In this document: positions 1 to 9,161 of the stretch, piece by piece | How the letters are laid out: every line of letters starts with the position of its first letter | Numbering within the stretch: the first letter of the stretch is position 1 | Origin: an uncultured Actinomycetes bacterium | Lineage (GTDB): Bacteria > Actinomycetota > Thermoleophilia > Gaiellales > Gaiellaceae | DNA length: 64,000 bases | Assembly: GCA_963717725.1 (NCBI GenBank) | Contig: CAVQWS010000013.1 | Coordinates: 448 to 64,447 of the forward strand | Direction: 5' to 3' | Notes under the pieces: generated by a model | What the model was told of the DNA's origin: nothing | What the model saw: only the letters and a program-made list of their open reading frames with translations | Databases searched by the model: none | Program-made: the position numbers and the translations under genes

Positions 1-1
1 C

Positions 2-424
2 CTGAACCTGAACGTCGTCTTCGGGTTCTGGACGATCCTGATCGCCCACATCATGTTCTGCATCTCGTTCGCGGTGGTGACCGTGAAGGCGCGCCTCGTT
101 GGCTTCGATCGGCATCTCGAGGAGGCGGCGATGGACCTGGGCGCCAACGAGTGGACGACCTTCCGCAAGGTGACGCTGCCCCTGATCGCGCCCGCGATCC
201 TGGCTGCGCTGCTGCTCTGCTTCGCGATCTCGATCGACGACTTCGTCGTTACGTACTTCAACTCCGGCAACCGGATCACGTTCCCGCTCTTCGTCTGGGG
301 CGCCGCCAGGATCGGCGCGCCGCCGCAGGTGAACGTGATCGGCACCGCGATCTTCGTGATCGCGCTGACCGCCATGCTCGTCAACGTCCTCGTCCAGATG
401 CGGCGCTCGAAAGGAGCAACATGA
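2..424 (+). CDS. ABC transporter permease, C-terminal part (PotC / spermidine-putrescine type); 5' end lies outside the window
   Basis: The frame is open from the window edge. It has hydrophobic TM segments and the permease EAA-type loop 'EEAAMDLGANEWTTFRKVTLPL'. Its stop overlaps the next start (ATGA at 421-424). Confidence 0.8.
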   Translation: MNLNVVFGFWTILIAHIMFCISFAVVTVKARLVGFDRHLEEAAMDLGANEWTTFRKVTLPLIAPAILAALLLCFAISIDDFVVTYFNSGNRITFPLFVWGAARIGAPPQVNVIGTAIFVIALTAMLVNVLVQMRRSKGAT

Positions 425-1878
425 CCTCCGTCTCGACCGGGCTCTCGCCCGAGCAGCTGCAGCAGGCCGCGCGCGACCATCTCTGGCTGCACTTCACGCG
501 CATGAGCGGCTACCGCGACGGCGAGGTGCCGATCATCGTCCGTGGCGACGGCTGCTATCTCGAGGACGCGCACGGCAAGCGCTACCTCGATGCGCTGGCA
601 GGGCTGTTCGCGGTGCAGATCGGCTACTCGTACGGCGAGGAGATCGGCGAAGCGGCGGCGGCGCAGATGCGCGAGCTGCCCTTCTACACGAACTGGTCCT
701 ACGCGCACCCGCGCGCGATCGAGCTCGCGGCCGAAGTGGCGGGCCTCGCGCCCGATGACCTCAACCGCGTCTTCTTCGTCTCGGGCGGCTCGGAGGCGGT
801 GGAATCGGCCTGGAAGCTCGCGCGCCAGTACTACTCGGCGCGCGGCGAGCACCATCGGGCGGCGGTTGCGCAGGCGCCCACGCACGACTACGACGCCGAA
901 CGGGCCGCGCGCTACACGGGCGAGCGCCGCTGGAAGGCGATCTCGCGCCACGTCGCCTACCACGGCACGACGATGGGCGCGCTCTCGATCAACGGCATCC
1001 CGGCGCTGCGCACGCCGTTCGAGCCGCTCGTGCCCGAGGTGCTGCACGTCCGCAACACGAACCGCTACCACCGCCCTGCGGCCGAGACCGAGGAGGAGTT
1101 CACGCGCATCCTGCTCGACGAGCTGCAGCAGACGATCGAGGCCACGGGCCCGGAGACGGTCTGCATGGTGATCATGGAGCCGGTGCAGAACGCCGGCGGC
1201 GCCTTCACGCCGCCCGAGGGCTACTGGCGCGGTGTGCGCGAGCTCTGCGACCGCTACGAGATCCTGCTCTGCGCCGACGAGGTGATCACCGGCTTCGGCC
1301 GCCTCGGCACCTGGTTCGGCTCGGAGCGCTACGACATCCGGCCCGACATCGTCACGTGCGCCAAGGGGCTTTCCTCGGCGTACGCGTCGATCGGCGCGGT
1401 GATCGCGACCGACCGGGTGATGGAGCCGTTTCTCGAGGGCGAGCGGATGTACACGCACGGGATCACGTTCGGCGGCCATCCGGTCCAGGCCGCGATCGCG
1501 CTGAAGAACATCGAGATCATGCGCCGCGAGAAGATCGTCGAGCACGTCGACGAGCAGCAAGACACGGTGCGGGCGACGCTCGAGCAGCTGCTCGACCTGC
1601 CGATCGCCGGCGACCTCCGGGGCACGGGCTTCTTCTACGCGCTCGAGCTCGTCAAGGACAAGGACACGCGCGAGACATTCTCGGACGAGGAGTGCGAGGA
1701 GCTGCTGCGCGGCTTCCTGACGCCGCGGATGTTCGAGGCCGGCCTGATCTGCCGGGCGGACGACCGGGGAGACCCGGTGATCCAGATCTCGCCGCCGCTG
1801 ATTGCGGGCCAGGCCGAGTGGGACGAGCTCGTCGGGATCCTCGGCGCGGTGCTCGAGGAGGCCTGGCAGCGGATATAG
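421..1878 (+). CDS. Class-III PLP-dependent aminotransferase (putrescine / omega-amino acid type)
   Basis: The ATG at 421 is inside track ORF 151..1878. Motifs: 'FFVSGGSEAVESAWKLAR', 'DEVITGFGRLGTWFG', and 'TCAKGLSS' (PLP lysine). Confidence 0.85.
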   Translation: MTSVSTGLSPEQLQQAARDHLWLHFTRMSGYRDGEVPIIVRGDGCYLEDAHGKRYLDALAGLFAVQIGYSYGEEIGEAAAAQMRELPFYTNWSYAHPRAIELAAEVAGLAPDDLNRVFFVSGGSEAVESAWKLARQYYSARGEHHRAAVAQAPTHDYDAERAARYTGERRWKAISRHVAYHGTTMGALSINGIPALRTPFEPLVPEVLHVRNTNRYHRPAAETEEEFTRILLDELQQTIEATGPETVCMVIMEPVQNAGGAFTPPEGYWRGVRELCDRYEILLCADEVITGFGRLGTWFGSERYDIRPDIVTCAKGLSSAYASIGAVIATDRVMEPFLEGERMYTHGITFGGHPVQAAIALKNIEIMRREKIVEHVDEQQDTVRATLEQLLDLPIAGDLRGTGFFYALELVKDKDTRETFSDEECEELLRGFLTPRMFEAGLICRADDRGDPVIQISPPLIAGQAEWDELVGILGAVLEEAWQRI

Positions 1879-3260
1879 GCCGCGTCTGGTGGCTCGAGGA
1901 GGCGCTGGCCGCCGGCTTCGGCGGCGAAGAGGCGACGCCGCTCGACGGTGACACCGACGCCGACGTCGCGATCGTCGGCGGTGGCTACACCGGCCTCTGG
2001 ACCGCGCTCGCGCTGAAGGAGCGGGAGCCCGGGCTCGACGTGATCGTGCTCGAGGCCGAGGAGTGCGGCCGCGGGCCGAGCGGGCGCAACGGAGGCTTCT
2101 GCCACGGCTACTGGAGCCACTTGCCGCGGCTGCGGGAGCGCTTCGGCGACGACGGCGCGCTGGCGGTGGCGCGGGCGAGCGAGACGATCATCCCCGGCGT
2201 GCGCGCCTTCGCAGAGGCGGCCGGCGCCGATGTCTGGCTGCGGCAGGGCGGGATGCTGCGCGTGTCCGCCGCGCCGGCGCAAGATCACGCGGTCGGCGAC
2301 GAGGTCGAGGCGGCGCGTGAGCTCGGCGTGCCCGACGAGGCCGTGCCGCTCTCGCGCGCGGAGCTTGCCGGGCGCATCAGCTCGCCGGTCTTCCGCGAAG
2401 GCGTCTTCCTGCCCGATGGCGCGACCGTCCAGCCCGCGCGGCTCGCGCTCACCCTGCGCCGCGTGGCGCTCGGCTCGGTGCGCGTGCACGAGCGGACGCG
2501 GGTCACGAATGTCAGCGACGGCGTGCTCGAGACCGCGCAGGGCCGTGTGCGCGCGAAGGAGATCGTGGTCGCCGTCAACGCGGCCGCGGCCGGCTGGAAG
2601 CCGCTGCGCCGGCGGCTGACCGCCTTCGGCTCGTACGTCGTGCTCACCGAGCCGGTCCCGCAGCTGCTCGAGCAGATCGGCTGGACCGGGGGCGAGGCCG
2701 TGCTCGACGGGCGCATGTTCCTGCACTACTTCCGCACGACGAACGACGGGCGCGTCCTGATGGGCAGCGGCTCGGGGCCGATCGGCTTCGGCGGCAAGCT
2801 CGACCAACGCTTCACGCAGGACGAGCCGACGGTCGCGCGGGCCGAGCGCGGCCTGCGGCGACTGCTGCCCGGGCTGGCGGAGGCGAAGGTGACGCACGCG
2901 TGGGGCGGGCCGATCGACGTCTCCTCCGACCATCTGCCCTTCTTCGGCACCGTCCCCGGCACGAGGATCCACTACGGCGCGGGCTACTCCGGCCACGGCG
3001 TCGGCCCGAGCTGGCTCGGCGGCCAGATCCTGTCGCGGCTCGCACTCGGCGTCGACGACGAGCTGACGCGCCTGCCGCTCGTCACGCGCCGCGTCCCGAA
3101 GCTGCCGCCGGAGCCGTTCCGCCGCCTCGGCGGCGGGCTCGTGCGCGCGTCGATCATGGCCTGCGAGGAGGCCGAGGAGCAGGGCCGCCGCGGCTCGCTC
3201 CCCGCGCGGGCAGGCGCCGCGCTGCCGCGCCTGCTCGGCATGTCGGTCGGGACGCGATAA
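1818..3260 (+). CDS. FAD-dependent oxidoreductase (DAO family, gamma-glutamylputrescine-oxidase-like)
   Basis: Rossmann motif 'DVAIVGGGYTGLWTALAL' in track ORF 1356..3260. The start is uncertain: GTG 1818 is the nearest conventional start, CTG 1863 is an alternative, and there is no ATG. Confidence 0.7.
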   Translation: MGRARRDPRRGARGGLAADIGRVWWLEEALAAGFGGEEATPLDGDTDADVAIVGGGYTGLWTALALKEREPGLDVIVLEAEECGRGPSGRNGGFCHGYWSHLPRLRERFGDDGALAVARASETIIPGVRAFAEAAGADVWLRQGGMLRVSAAPAQDHAVGDEVEAARELGVPDEAVPLSRAELAGRISSPVFREGVFLPDGATVQPARLALTLRRVALGSVRVHERTRVTNVSDGVLETAQGRVRAKEIVVAVNAAAAGWKPLRRRLTAFGSYVVLTEPVPQLLEQIGWTGGEAVLDGRMFLHYFRTTNDGRVLMGSGSGPIGFGGKLDQRFTQDEPTVARAERGLRRLLPGLAEAKVTHAWGGPIDVSSDHLPFFGTVPGTRIHYGAGYSGHGVGPSWLGGQILSRLALGVDDELTRLPLVTRRVPKLPPEPFRRLGGGLVRASIMACEEAEEQGRRGSLPARAGAALPRLLGMSVGTR

Positions 3261-3269
3261 TCGGGAGCG

Positions 3270-4379
3270 GTGGAGGTTCTCCTCGGCACGCAGGCGCTCG
3301 AGCCGCGCTCGTATCTGGTCACGGTCACCGAGCACCTGGAGCGGCTCGGGCACGAGGTGCGCGTGTTCTCGGCCGAGCCGCTGCCCTCGCCGGAGGAGCT
3401 GCGGGTCGTCGGCGTCGAACGCGACCTGCCCCTTGCGCCGGACGTGATCTACAGCCAGGACGCCGAGGCCGCGTTGCTGCTCGCTCATCTCTACCCGCTG
3501 ACGCCGCAGCTCTTCGCCACGCACGGCGACCGCGAGGACGTCTGGCTGCCACCGCAGCTCGCCGGTGTGGTCGCCCGCGTGGTCGTGTTCGACGACCGCA
3601 CCGGTGAGCGCGTTCGGGCGGCCTCATCGCCGCAGCAGCTCGTCCGCCTGCGCCGTCCGGTCGACCTCGACCGGATCGCCTCGCGCGGCGAGCTGCCCGC
3701 ACGGCCGGCCAAGGCGCGAGTCCAGCTCGACGGCGTCTCCGACTACCGGCGCGGAATCGTCCAGCGCGTGCTCGCGGACGCGCGGATCGAGCTCGACGAC
3801 GACGCCGACCTCGTGCTCGGCCGCGGCGCGGCGGTGGTCGAGGCGCTGGCGGAGGGTCGGGCTGCCTATGTCTACGGCGACGAGGGCGGCGACGGCTGGG
3901 TCACGCCCGAGCGCTACGAGCTGCTCGAGGCCGACGGCTTCTCGGGCCGCGCGGAGCCAGGCGCGACCACCTTCGAGCGTCTGCGCGCCGAGCTCGACGA
4001 CTACGACCCGGCGCTCGGGCCGGCGGGCCGCGAGCTGGCGCAGGCCCACGACGCCCGGGCCCACGCGCAGGAGCTCGTTGCCGCCTTCGACGAGGTCAAG
4101 CCGCGCCGCGACCCGGTGGACGCGCCGCTGCGGGAGCTCGCCCGCCTCGTGCGAGTCGAGGCGGCCAGCGCCCGGAACGCACACGCCCACGCGCGGGAGG
4201 CCGAGAGCGCGCACACCCGGGCAACGGAGCTCGAGCGCGAGCTGGCCGAGGCCCGCGAGCGCAACGAGCAGCTCACGCGCGAGGTCGAGGAGCTGCGCCG
4301 CCAGGCCGACGAGGCCGCTGCCCTGGAGGAGCAGCGGCTGGAGCGTCAGAAGAGCCGTCGCTTCGGCCCGCGCCGCTAG
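3270..4379 (+). CDS. Hypothetical protein, GT-B-like N-terminal part with a C-terminal Ala/Glu/Arg-rich coiled coil
   Basis: GTG-start ORF with high GC3. The alternating beta-alpha pattern resembles a glycosyltransferase fold, but no donor-binding motif was recognised. The tail 'ELERELAEARERNEQLTREVEELRRQADEAAALEEQRLE' looks like coiled coil. Confidence 0.55.
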   Translation: MEVLLGTQALEPRSYLVTVTEHLERLGHEVRVFSAEPLPSPEELRVVGVERDLPLAPDVIYSQDAEAALLLAHLYPLTPQLFATHGDREDVWLPPQLAGVVARVVVFDDRTGERVRAASSPQQLVRLRRPVDLDRIASRGELPARPAKARVQLDGVSDYRRGIVQRVLADARIELDDDADLVLGRGAAVVEALAEGRAAYVYGDEGGDGWVTPERYELLEADGFSGRAEPGATTFERLRAELDDYDPALGPAGRELAQAHDARAHAQELVAAFDEVKPRRDPVDAPLRELARLVRVEAASARNAHAHAREAESAHTRATELERELAEARERNEQLTREVEELRRQADEAAALEEQRLERQKSRRFGPRR

Positions 4380-4494
4380 AACCGGAAAAAGTCCCTCGTC
4401 CGAGGGATGACCGATTTGCGGCTCGCCCCGATGGTGGTTGCGAGACATACGGACGAACTCAAGCTCTGCGGCCGAGCTCGTCTCTCTCGACTCT

Positions 4495-7419
4495 ATGGCC
4501 GCCGACCGCAAACTTCTCGCCGCAGCATTTGCCGCCATCGCCTTTCTGACGGCGGGCCCCGCTCGTGGCGCGGTAACGCGCCCGACCCAGACCGCGCCAG
4601 CCGCCGGCGCGGTCGTCCAATTCCTTCCCTCGTTCGCGTGGACGCCGGTCGCGGGCGCCGACAAGTACGAGTTCCAGATCAGCGCCGACGCCGGCATGAA
4701 CTCGCCGGTGCTCGGCAGCGGCAAGGACGACTTCTTCACGCGCAACACGCGCGCGACGCTGCTGAAGACGATCCCGAACGGGACCTACTACTGGCGGGTG
4801 CGGGCGACCAATGCCACCGGTGGGATCTCGAACTGGACCGAGCCGCGCTCGTTCAGGAAGCTCTGGAACCTGCAGCCGGCGCTGCAGAGCCCGAGCTCCG
4901 GCGACTCGCTGACATTCCCGACGAGCCCGGTCGTGCTGACGTGGTCGGGGGTCCCCGGTGCGGCGCACTACCTCGTCTCGGCCGCGAGCGACCCGAGCCT
5001 CGGCTCGCTCGTCCTCAAGTACGGGAACCAGGACGATCCGAAGGGGCCACCTAACGTCGCGGCGACCTCCGCTGCGATCACCTCTTCGCTGGCGCCGGGG
5101 TCGTACTACTGGAGCGTCACCCCCGTGGACGCCGAGGGCAACCGCGGCGTCTCGACTCCGGTCGCCTCCTTCAACTGGCTCTGGCCCTCGGCGACGGCGA
5201 CGCAGCTCGAGGACCTGAACCCCGCGCCGGAGGCGTACGACCCACGCTTCTCGTGGAATCCGATTCCGGGCGCTGCGCGGTACGAGGTCGAGGTCAACTC
5301 CTCATCGGACTTCACGCCCGGCTCGAAGGTCTGCTGCGACGGCGCGACGATCGCGACCTCGATCTCGCCGACCGAGGTGCTGAAGGACAACGTCTTTTAC
5401 TGGCGCGTCCGCGCACTCGATCCCGACGGCAACGCCGGCGTCTGGAACTACGGCGGCTCCTTCACGAAGACGTTCGACAAGGTCGCGCCGGCGGGCCCGG
5501 TCACCGGCACGAGCATCAAGAACGTCCGCATGCGGGACAACCTCGTCGACCCCGGCACTGACGTCGACACCGGAACCGCCGGCTACCAGACACGTGTGCC
5601 GGTCGTGCGGTGGGACCCCGTGCCCGGCGCGGCCAGCTATGAGGTCGAGGTCGTGCCGTGGACGGGCGCGATCTGCGACTGGGGTATCCCGAACCCCTAC
5701 ATCAAGAAGACGGCCGTCCCCCAGTGGACACCGCTGTCGAGCACCAGCTCCAACCCCGTCACCTGGCAGGGGGCGCTCGCCGAGGACGGGCTGCAGATCG
5801 TGCCGGGGGAGTGGTGTGTGCGCGTCCGCGCGCGGGCCGATCGCGCGCCGGGGAACCAGGAGGTCTGGGGCGACTACACCTACCTGTCGAACGGCAGCAC
5901 GGACACGTCCGAGGAGGTCGGTGAGGCGTTCAAGTGGACGGCTTACCCGGACCCGACCGACGCGTCTGCGTCGGCCGGCTGCGTGAGCGGGATTCGCGTC
6001 TACCCATGTGCCGCCGACTACAGGCTGCCGCAGACCGGCACGACGATCGGCCAAACGCCCCTCTTCACGTGGAACGCAGTCGCCGGGATGAACAGCTACT
6101 TCGTCGTCGTGGCCAAGGACGCGAACTTCAGCAACATCGTCGACGAGGCATTCACGCAGATTCCCGCCTATGCACCGCGGAACTCGCTCAAGCCGACGAC
6201 GTACAGCGACGAGACGACGCTCTTCTACTGGGCGGTCCTGCCGGCAACGGTCGCCGGCGGTGATGACGCGCCGCCGCTCTCGGTCGCCAGCGCTGCGAAG
6301 GGCTCGTTCCAGAAGCAGTCGACTCCGCCGGCCCTGGTCTCGCCGAGCGCGGTCCAGGCCTTCCTCGACCAGCCGACGTTCCGCTGGACGCCGACGCTCG
6401 GCGCGCGGCGCTACCGGCTCCAGGTCGCGGCCGACCCGACCTTCGGCAGCCCGCTCGACGACGTCGTCACCGACGCGACCTCCTACTCGAGCGACACGAC
6501 CTACCCGGCAGACACCGTGCTCTACTGGCGAGTCCGCGCGGACGACGAGAACCTGACCGGCCTCACCTGGTCCGCGACGGGAACGTTCCAGAAGAAGCTC
6601 GCCGCGCCGGTCGCGAGCGCCTCGAACCCGACCCAGGGCGAGTCACTTCCGGTCTGGGCCTGGAGCTCCGTGCAGGGCGCCGCCTCGTACGACCTGTCGG
6701 TCGACCAGCCGGACGGTTCGCACCGCGACTACTCCGACATTCGTACTCCGGCGGCCTCGTTCATCAAGATGACGGGCACCGGCGTCTGGCACTGGCGCGT
6801 CCGTGCCGAGTTCCCCAAGGACTTGACTGGCACCGTGCCCGGGCCCTACATGGCGACGCAGTCGTTCACCCGAACGATCGGCGAGCCGGCGAACGCGAAG
6901 ACCGACAGCGCGAAGGATCACGTCCTGCTCAGCTGGGATCCGCGCCTGGGAGTGAAGGAGTACAAGGTGCAGATCGCATCGAGCCCCGACTTCAGCCACG
7001 TCGTGGAGACGGTCTCGACGGACAATCCCAGCTACGCCCCCACGATGACCTCCTACGGTTACACCACGTCGAGCACGCTCTACTGGCACGTTGCAGGCGT
7101 CGACGAGGACCGCAACCAGGGCGACTGGTCGCAGGCCCAGCAGATCCGCCTGCTGCCGCGCCTGCGTGTCTCCGTCAGCGGCCTCGCGCGGCCCAAGCGG
7201 TCGAGCACCGTCCGCGTGACGGTGATGGACACGCTGGGCAAGCGGCTCTCCGCCGCCAAGGTACGCCTCACGGGAGTCGGTGTCCGGCCGGTGACCGGGA
7301 AGACGAACCGGCTCGGCCAGGTGGTCTTCAAGGTGCGGCCGAAGAAGAAGGGCAAGCTGTTCGTCAGCGCGACCAAGTCCGGTTTCCAGCCGGCGTATGG
7401 AACGCTGAAGGTGCGATGA
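4495..7419 (+). CDS. Secreted multi-repeat surface protein: signal peptide, eight ~95-aa FN3/Ig-like modules, and a C-terminal carboxypeptidase-regulatory-like beta-sandwich
   Basis: ATG 4495 gives the signal peptide 'MAADRKLLAAAFAAIAFLTAGPARG'. Eight modules each carry a W-x2-[VP]-x-GA-x2-Y anchor and a YWRVRA-like end. The tail is 'VRVTVMDTLGKRLSAAKVRLTG...GQVVFKV'. Confidence 0.85.
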   Translation: MAADRKLLAAAFAAIAFLTAGPARGAVTRPTQTAPAAGAVVQFLPSFAWTPVAGADKYEFQISADAGMNSPVLGSGKDDFFTRNTRATLLKTIPNGTYYWRVRATNATGGISNWTEPRSFRKLWNLQPALQSPSSGDSLTFPTSPVVLTWSGVPGAAHYLVSAASDPSLGSLVLKYGNQDDPKGPPNVAATSAAITSSLAPGSYYWSVTPVDAEGNRGVSTPVASFNWLWPSATATQLEDLNPAPEAYDPRFSWNPIPGAARYEVEVNSSSDFTPGSKVCCDGATIATSISPTEVLKDNVFYWRVRALDPDGNAGVWNYGGSFTKTFDKVAPAGPVTGTSIKNVRMRDNLVDPGTDVDTGTAGYQTRVPVVRWDPVPGAASYEVEVVPWTGAICDWGIPNPYIKKTAVPQWTPLSSTSSNPVTWQGALAEDGLQIVPGEWCVRVRARADRAPGNQEVWGDYTYLSNGSTDTSEEVGEAFKWTAYPDPTDASASAGCVSGIRVYPCAADYRLPQTGTTIGQTPLFTWNAVAGMNSYFVVVAKDANFSNIVDEAFTQIPAYAPRNSLKPTTYSDETTLFYWAVLPATVAGGDDAPPLSVASAAKGSFQKQSTPPALVSPSAVQAFLDQPTFRWTPTLGARRYRLQVAADPTFGSPLDDVVTDATSYSSDTTYPADTVLYWRVRADDENLTGLTWSATGTFQKKLAAPVASASNPTQGESLPVWAWSSVQGAASYDLSVDQPDGSHRDYSDIRTPAASFIKMTGTGVWHWRVRAEFPKDLTGTVPGPYMATQSFTRTIGEPANAKTDSAKDHVLLSWDPRLGVKEYKVQIASSPDFSHVVETVSTDNPSYAPTMTSYGYTTSSTLYWHVAGVDEDRNQGDWSQAQQIRLLPRLRVSVSGLARPKRSSTVRVTVMDTLGKRLSAAKVRLTGVGVRPVTGKTNRLGQVVFKVRPKKKGKLFVSATKSGFQPAYGTLKVR

Positions 7420-7517
7420 AGCCGGTGAAGAAGCAGAAGCCGAAGGTGCTGCGCATCTGGCGCGTCTTCGAGTACCGCCGCCCGGTGCCGGTGCGCCGGC
7501 CGCGCTTCACGATCTAG
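7416..7517 (+). CDS. Possible 33-aa highly basic micro-protein, translationally coupled to the repeat protein
   Basis: ATGA overlap (ATG 7416-7418, upstream TGA 7417-7419). Sequence 'MKPVKKQKPKVLRIWRVFEYRRPVPVRRPRFTI'. Too short for the ORF track and no homology recognised. Confidence 0.25.
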   Translation: MKPVKKQKPKVLRIWRVFEYRRPVPVRRPRFTI

Positions 7518-7521
7518 TCCG

Positions 7522-7917
7522 CTAGTCCCAGGTCCAGTTCGGATCCGGCGTGTCGCCGTCGCCCGGGCCCGTGTTCGGCGCGCCGACGGCGATCACCTCT
7601 GCGCCGTCCGGGCCGCCCCTGATCCCGCGCATCACGTGCGGCGGCACGCGGACGGCGTGGAATGGCCGCAGCTCGATCTCGTCGTCGCCGACCTTCATCT
7701 CGGCCGAGCCGGTGACGAGCACGTAGATCTCCTCCTGCTGCTTGTGCCGGTGCCCGTGTGCCTTCGCGCCGGGCGCGAAGCGCAGGTAGCTGACGCCGCA
7801 GTGCTCGCAGTTCAGGGCAACTCGCCCGAAGCGGAGGTTGAACTGCTCCGGGTCGAGCCCGAGGTTCGGCGCCTGGTCCTCGACCTGGGTCAGGTCGACG
7901 TGGCTGTAGTCGCTCAT
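7522..7917 (-). CDS. Cupin domain protein
   Basis: Internal ATG of track ORF 7522..8799. Cupin metal motif 'GHRHKQQEEIYVLVTG ... HAVRVPPHVMRG'. Confidence 0.75.
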   Translation of the reverse strand: MSDYSHVDLTQVEDQAPNLGLDPEQFNLRFGRVALNCEHCGVSYLRFAPGAKAHGHRHKQQEEIYVLVTGSAEMKVGDDEIELRPFHAVRVPPHVMRGIRGGPDGAEVIAVGAPNTGPGDGDTPDPNWTWD

Positions 7918-7946
7918 CGCAGCTCCTCGTGAGGGTTGGCGAGAAC

Positions 7947-8777
7947 CTAACTCCCTCGGCCAGGTCGGGCGAGCAGGATCGCGCCGGCCGTGACTGCGGC
8001 GAAGGCGAGGATGCGCAGGGCTCCCAAGGCGCCCGACGGCACCGGCTCGCCGAGAACGACGCTGCCTGCGGCGATCGGGAGCGCATTCGTCAGCAGCGTC
8101 GCGATCCCGGCGACCGTAAGCGCGCGGGTCTTCTGGTAGCCGAGCTGCAGGAAGAAGGTGCCGAGCGAGTAGCCGATCACCACGGCGACGGCAAAGGCTG
8201 TCCGGACCCCTCCCTGGGTGGCGATCTTGACGGAGATGTCGCCGATCGAAAAGAACAGCCCGCCGGCGATGCCGTAGGCCACTCCGCTCCACCCGAAGCG
8301 CCGGCCGAGTGCCAGCGCGACGACGGCCGCGACAGCCGTTGCGCCGAGCCAGAGCAGGATCTCGCCCGTCGTGCCGCCCGTGCCCTCGCCGCTGCCGCCG
8401 GCCAGCGAGACGGCGAGCGCGAGCAGCCCGAGCATCGAGATCCACACGCCTGCGAGCTCGGTTCGCCCGAGCCGCCGGTGACCCATCCGGGCCGAGACGA
8501 AGGCGAGGACCCCGATCCCCCCCGCAGCCACGCTCTGGACGAGCGAGAGCGGCGCCAGCGCCAGCGCGACGACGTAGAGCGCAAAGCCGGCGCTCTCGAG
8601 CGCGAAGCCGAGCAGCCAACTGCGATCGGTGAGCAGCGCCTGCACCGAGTGCAGGGGCCGCCGAAGCGAGAGCGTGGGCAGCGCGGCCGCGGCGTCGTGC
8701 TCGAGGAGGTACGCGATGTTTGTCAGCGTCGTGGACGCCAGCGCGAGCACAAGCGCGACTCCGGTCTGGGTGCTCAC
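7947..8777 (-). CDS. DMT/EamA-like multi-pass membrane transporter
   Basis: 276-aa ORF made almost entirely of hydrophobic helices, with Gly/Ala-rich TM segments typical of drug/metabolite transporters. Confidence 0.65.
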   Translation of the reverse strand: MSTQTGVALVLALASTTLTNIAYLLEHDAAAALPTLSLRRPLHSVQALLTDRSWLLGFALESAGFALYVVALALAPLSLVQSVAAGGIGVLAFVSARMGHRRLGRTELAGVWISMLGLLALAVSLAGGSGEGTGGTTGEILLWLGATAVAAVVALALGRRFGWSGVAYGIAGGLFFSIGDISVKIATQGGVRTAFAVAVVIGYSLGTFFLQLGYQKTRALTVAGIATLLTNALPIAAGSVVLGEPVPSGALGALRILAFAAVTAGAILLARPGRGS

Positions 8778-8824
8778 GGACGCCGCATCGCCGGTCCATC
8801 CTAGAGCCGCGCGATCATCGGGCC

Positions 8825-8971
8825 ATGACCTTGATCTGGTTCGTCGTCTGGCTGATCTCGAACGTGATCGGCGATCACGAGCCGCTGCTGTTCGACCCGG
8901 TCAACTGGTGGACAGGAACGCTGCTCGGCGCGATCGCCATCGACCTCAGCCGCCAGCACGCGAAGATCTAG
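8825..8971 (+). CDS. Small membrane protein (48 aa)
   Basis: 'MTLIWFVVWLISNVIGDHEPLLFDPVNWWTGTLLGAIAIDLSRQHAKI' has two hydrophobic segments. A strong hairpin follows 16 nt downstream. Confidence 0.45.
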   Translation: MTLIWFVVWLISNVIGDHEPLLFDPVNWWTGTLLGAIAIDLSRQHAKI

Positions 8972-8986
8972 CGGCCCAATAGGTGT

Positions 8987-9015
8987 GGGGCGGCCTGGAG
9001 GCCGCCCCGTCTTGG
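8987..9015 (+). terminator. GC-rich hairpin (9-bp stem GGGGCGGCC / GGCCGCCCC, 4-nt loop) followed by GTCTTGG
   Basis: Perfect inverted repeat read directly at 8987-9008. The U-tract is weak. Confidence 0.45.
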
Positions 9016-9161
9016 AACATCTAAATGGCCGACTGCCTGCTGACCGAATACTGCTGGGCGCGGGCCGAGGCCGCGTGACCTGTCCAGGTCAATCCGGCGG
9101 AATGGCACATCCGAGTCAAGCCGTGCGCTGGGGTAGCTCGCCAGAGTCTGCAGAGACCCCG

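Noticed and set aside
1635-3524. Long antisense ORFs in the track. Examples: 1635..3524 (-), 37614..39410 (-) opposite dnaK, 41730..42785 (-) opposite clpB, 59070..60434 (+), 15273..17369 (+), 21133..22449 (+).
   Set aside because: Their translations are Arg/Ala/Pro/Gly-rich and lack motifs, and they lie opposite genes with unmistakable family signatures. This is the usual stop-codon-poor artefact of high G+C.
4385-4410. Terminator hairpin TCCCTCG-TC-CGAGGGA after the 3270..4379 gene.
   Set aside because: The loop is too small (2 nt) and there is no U-tract, so it is not convincing.
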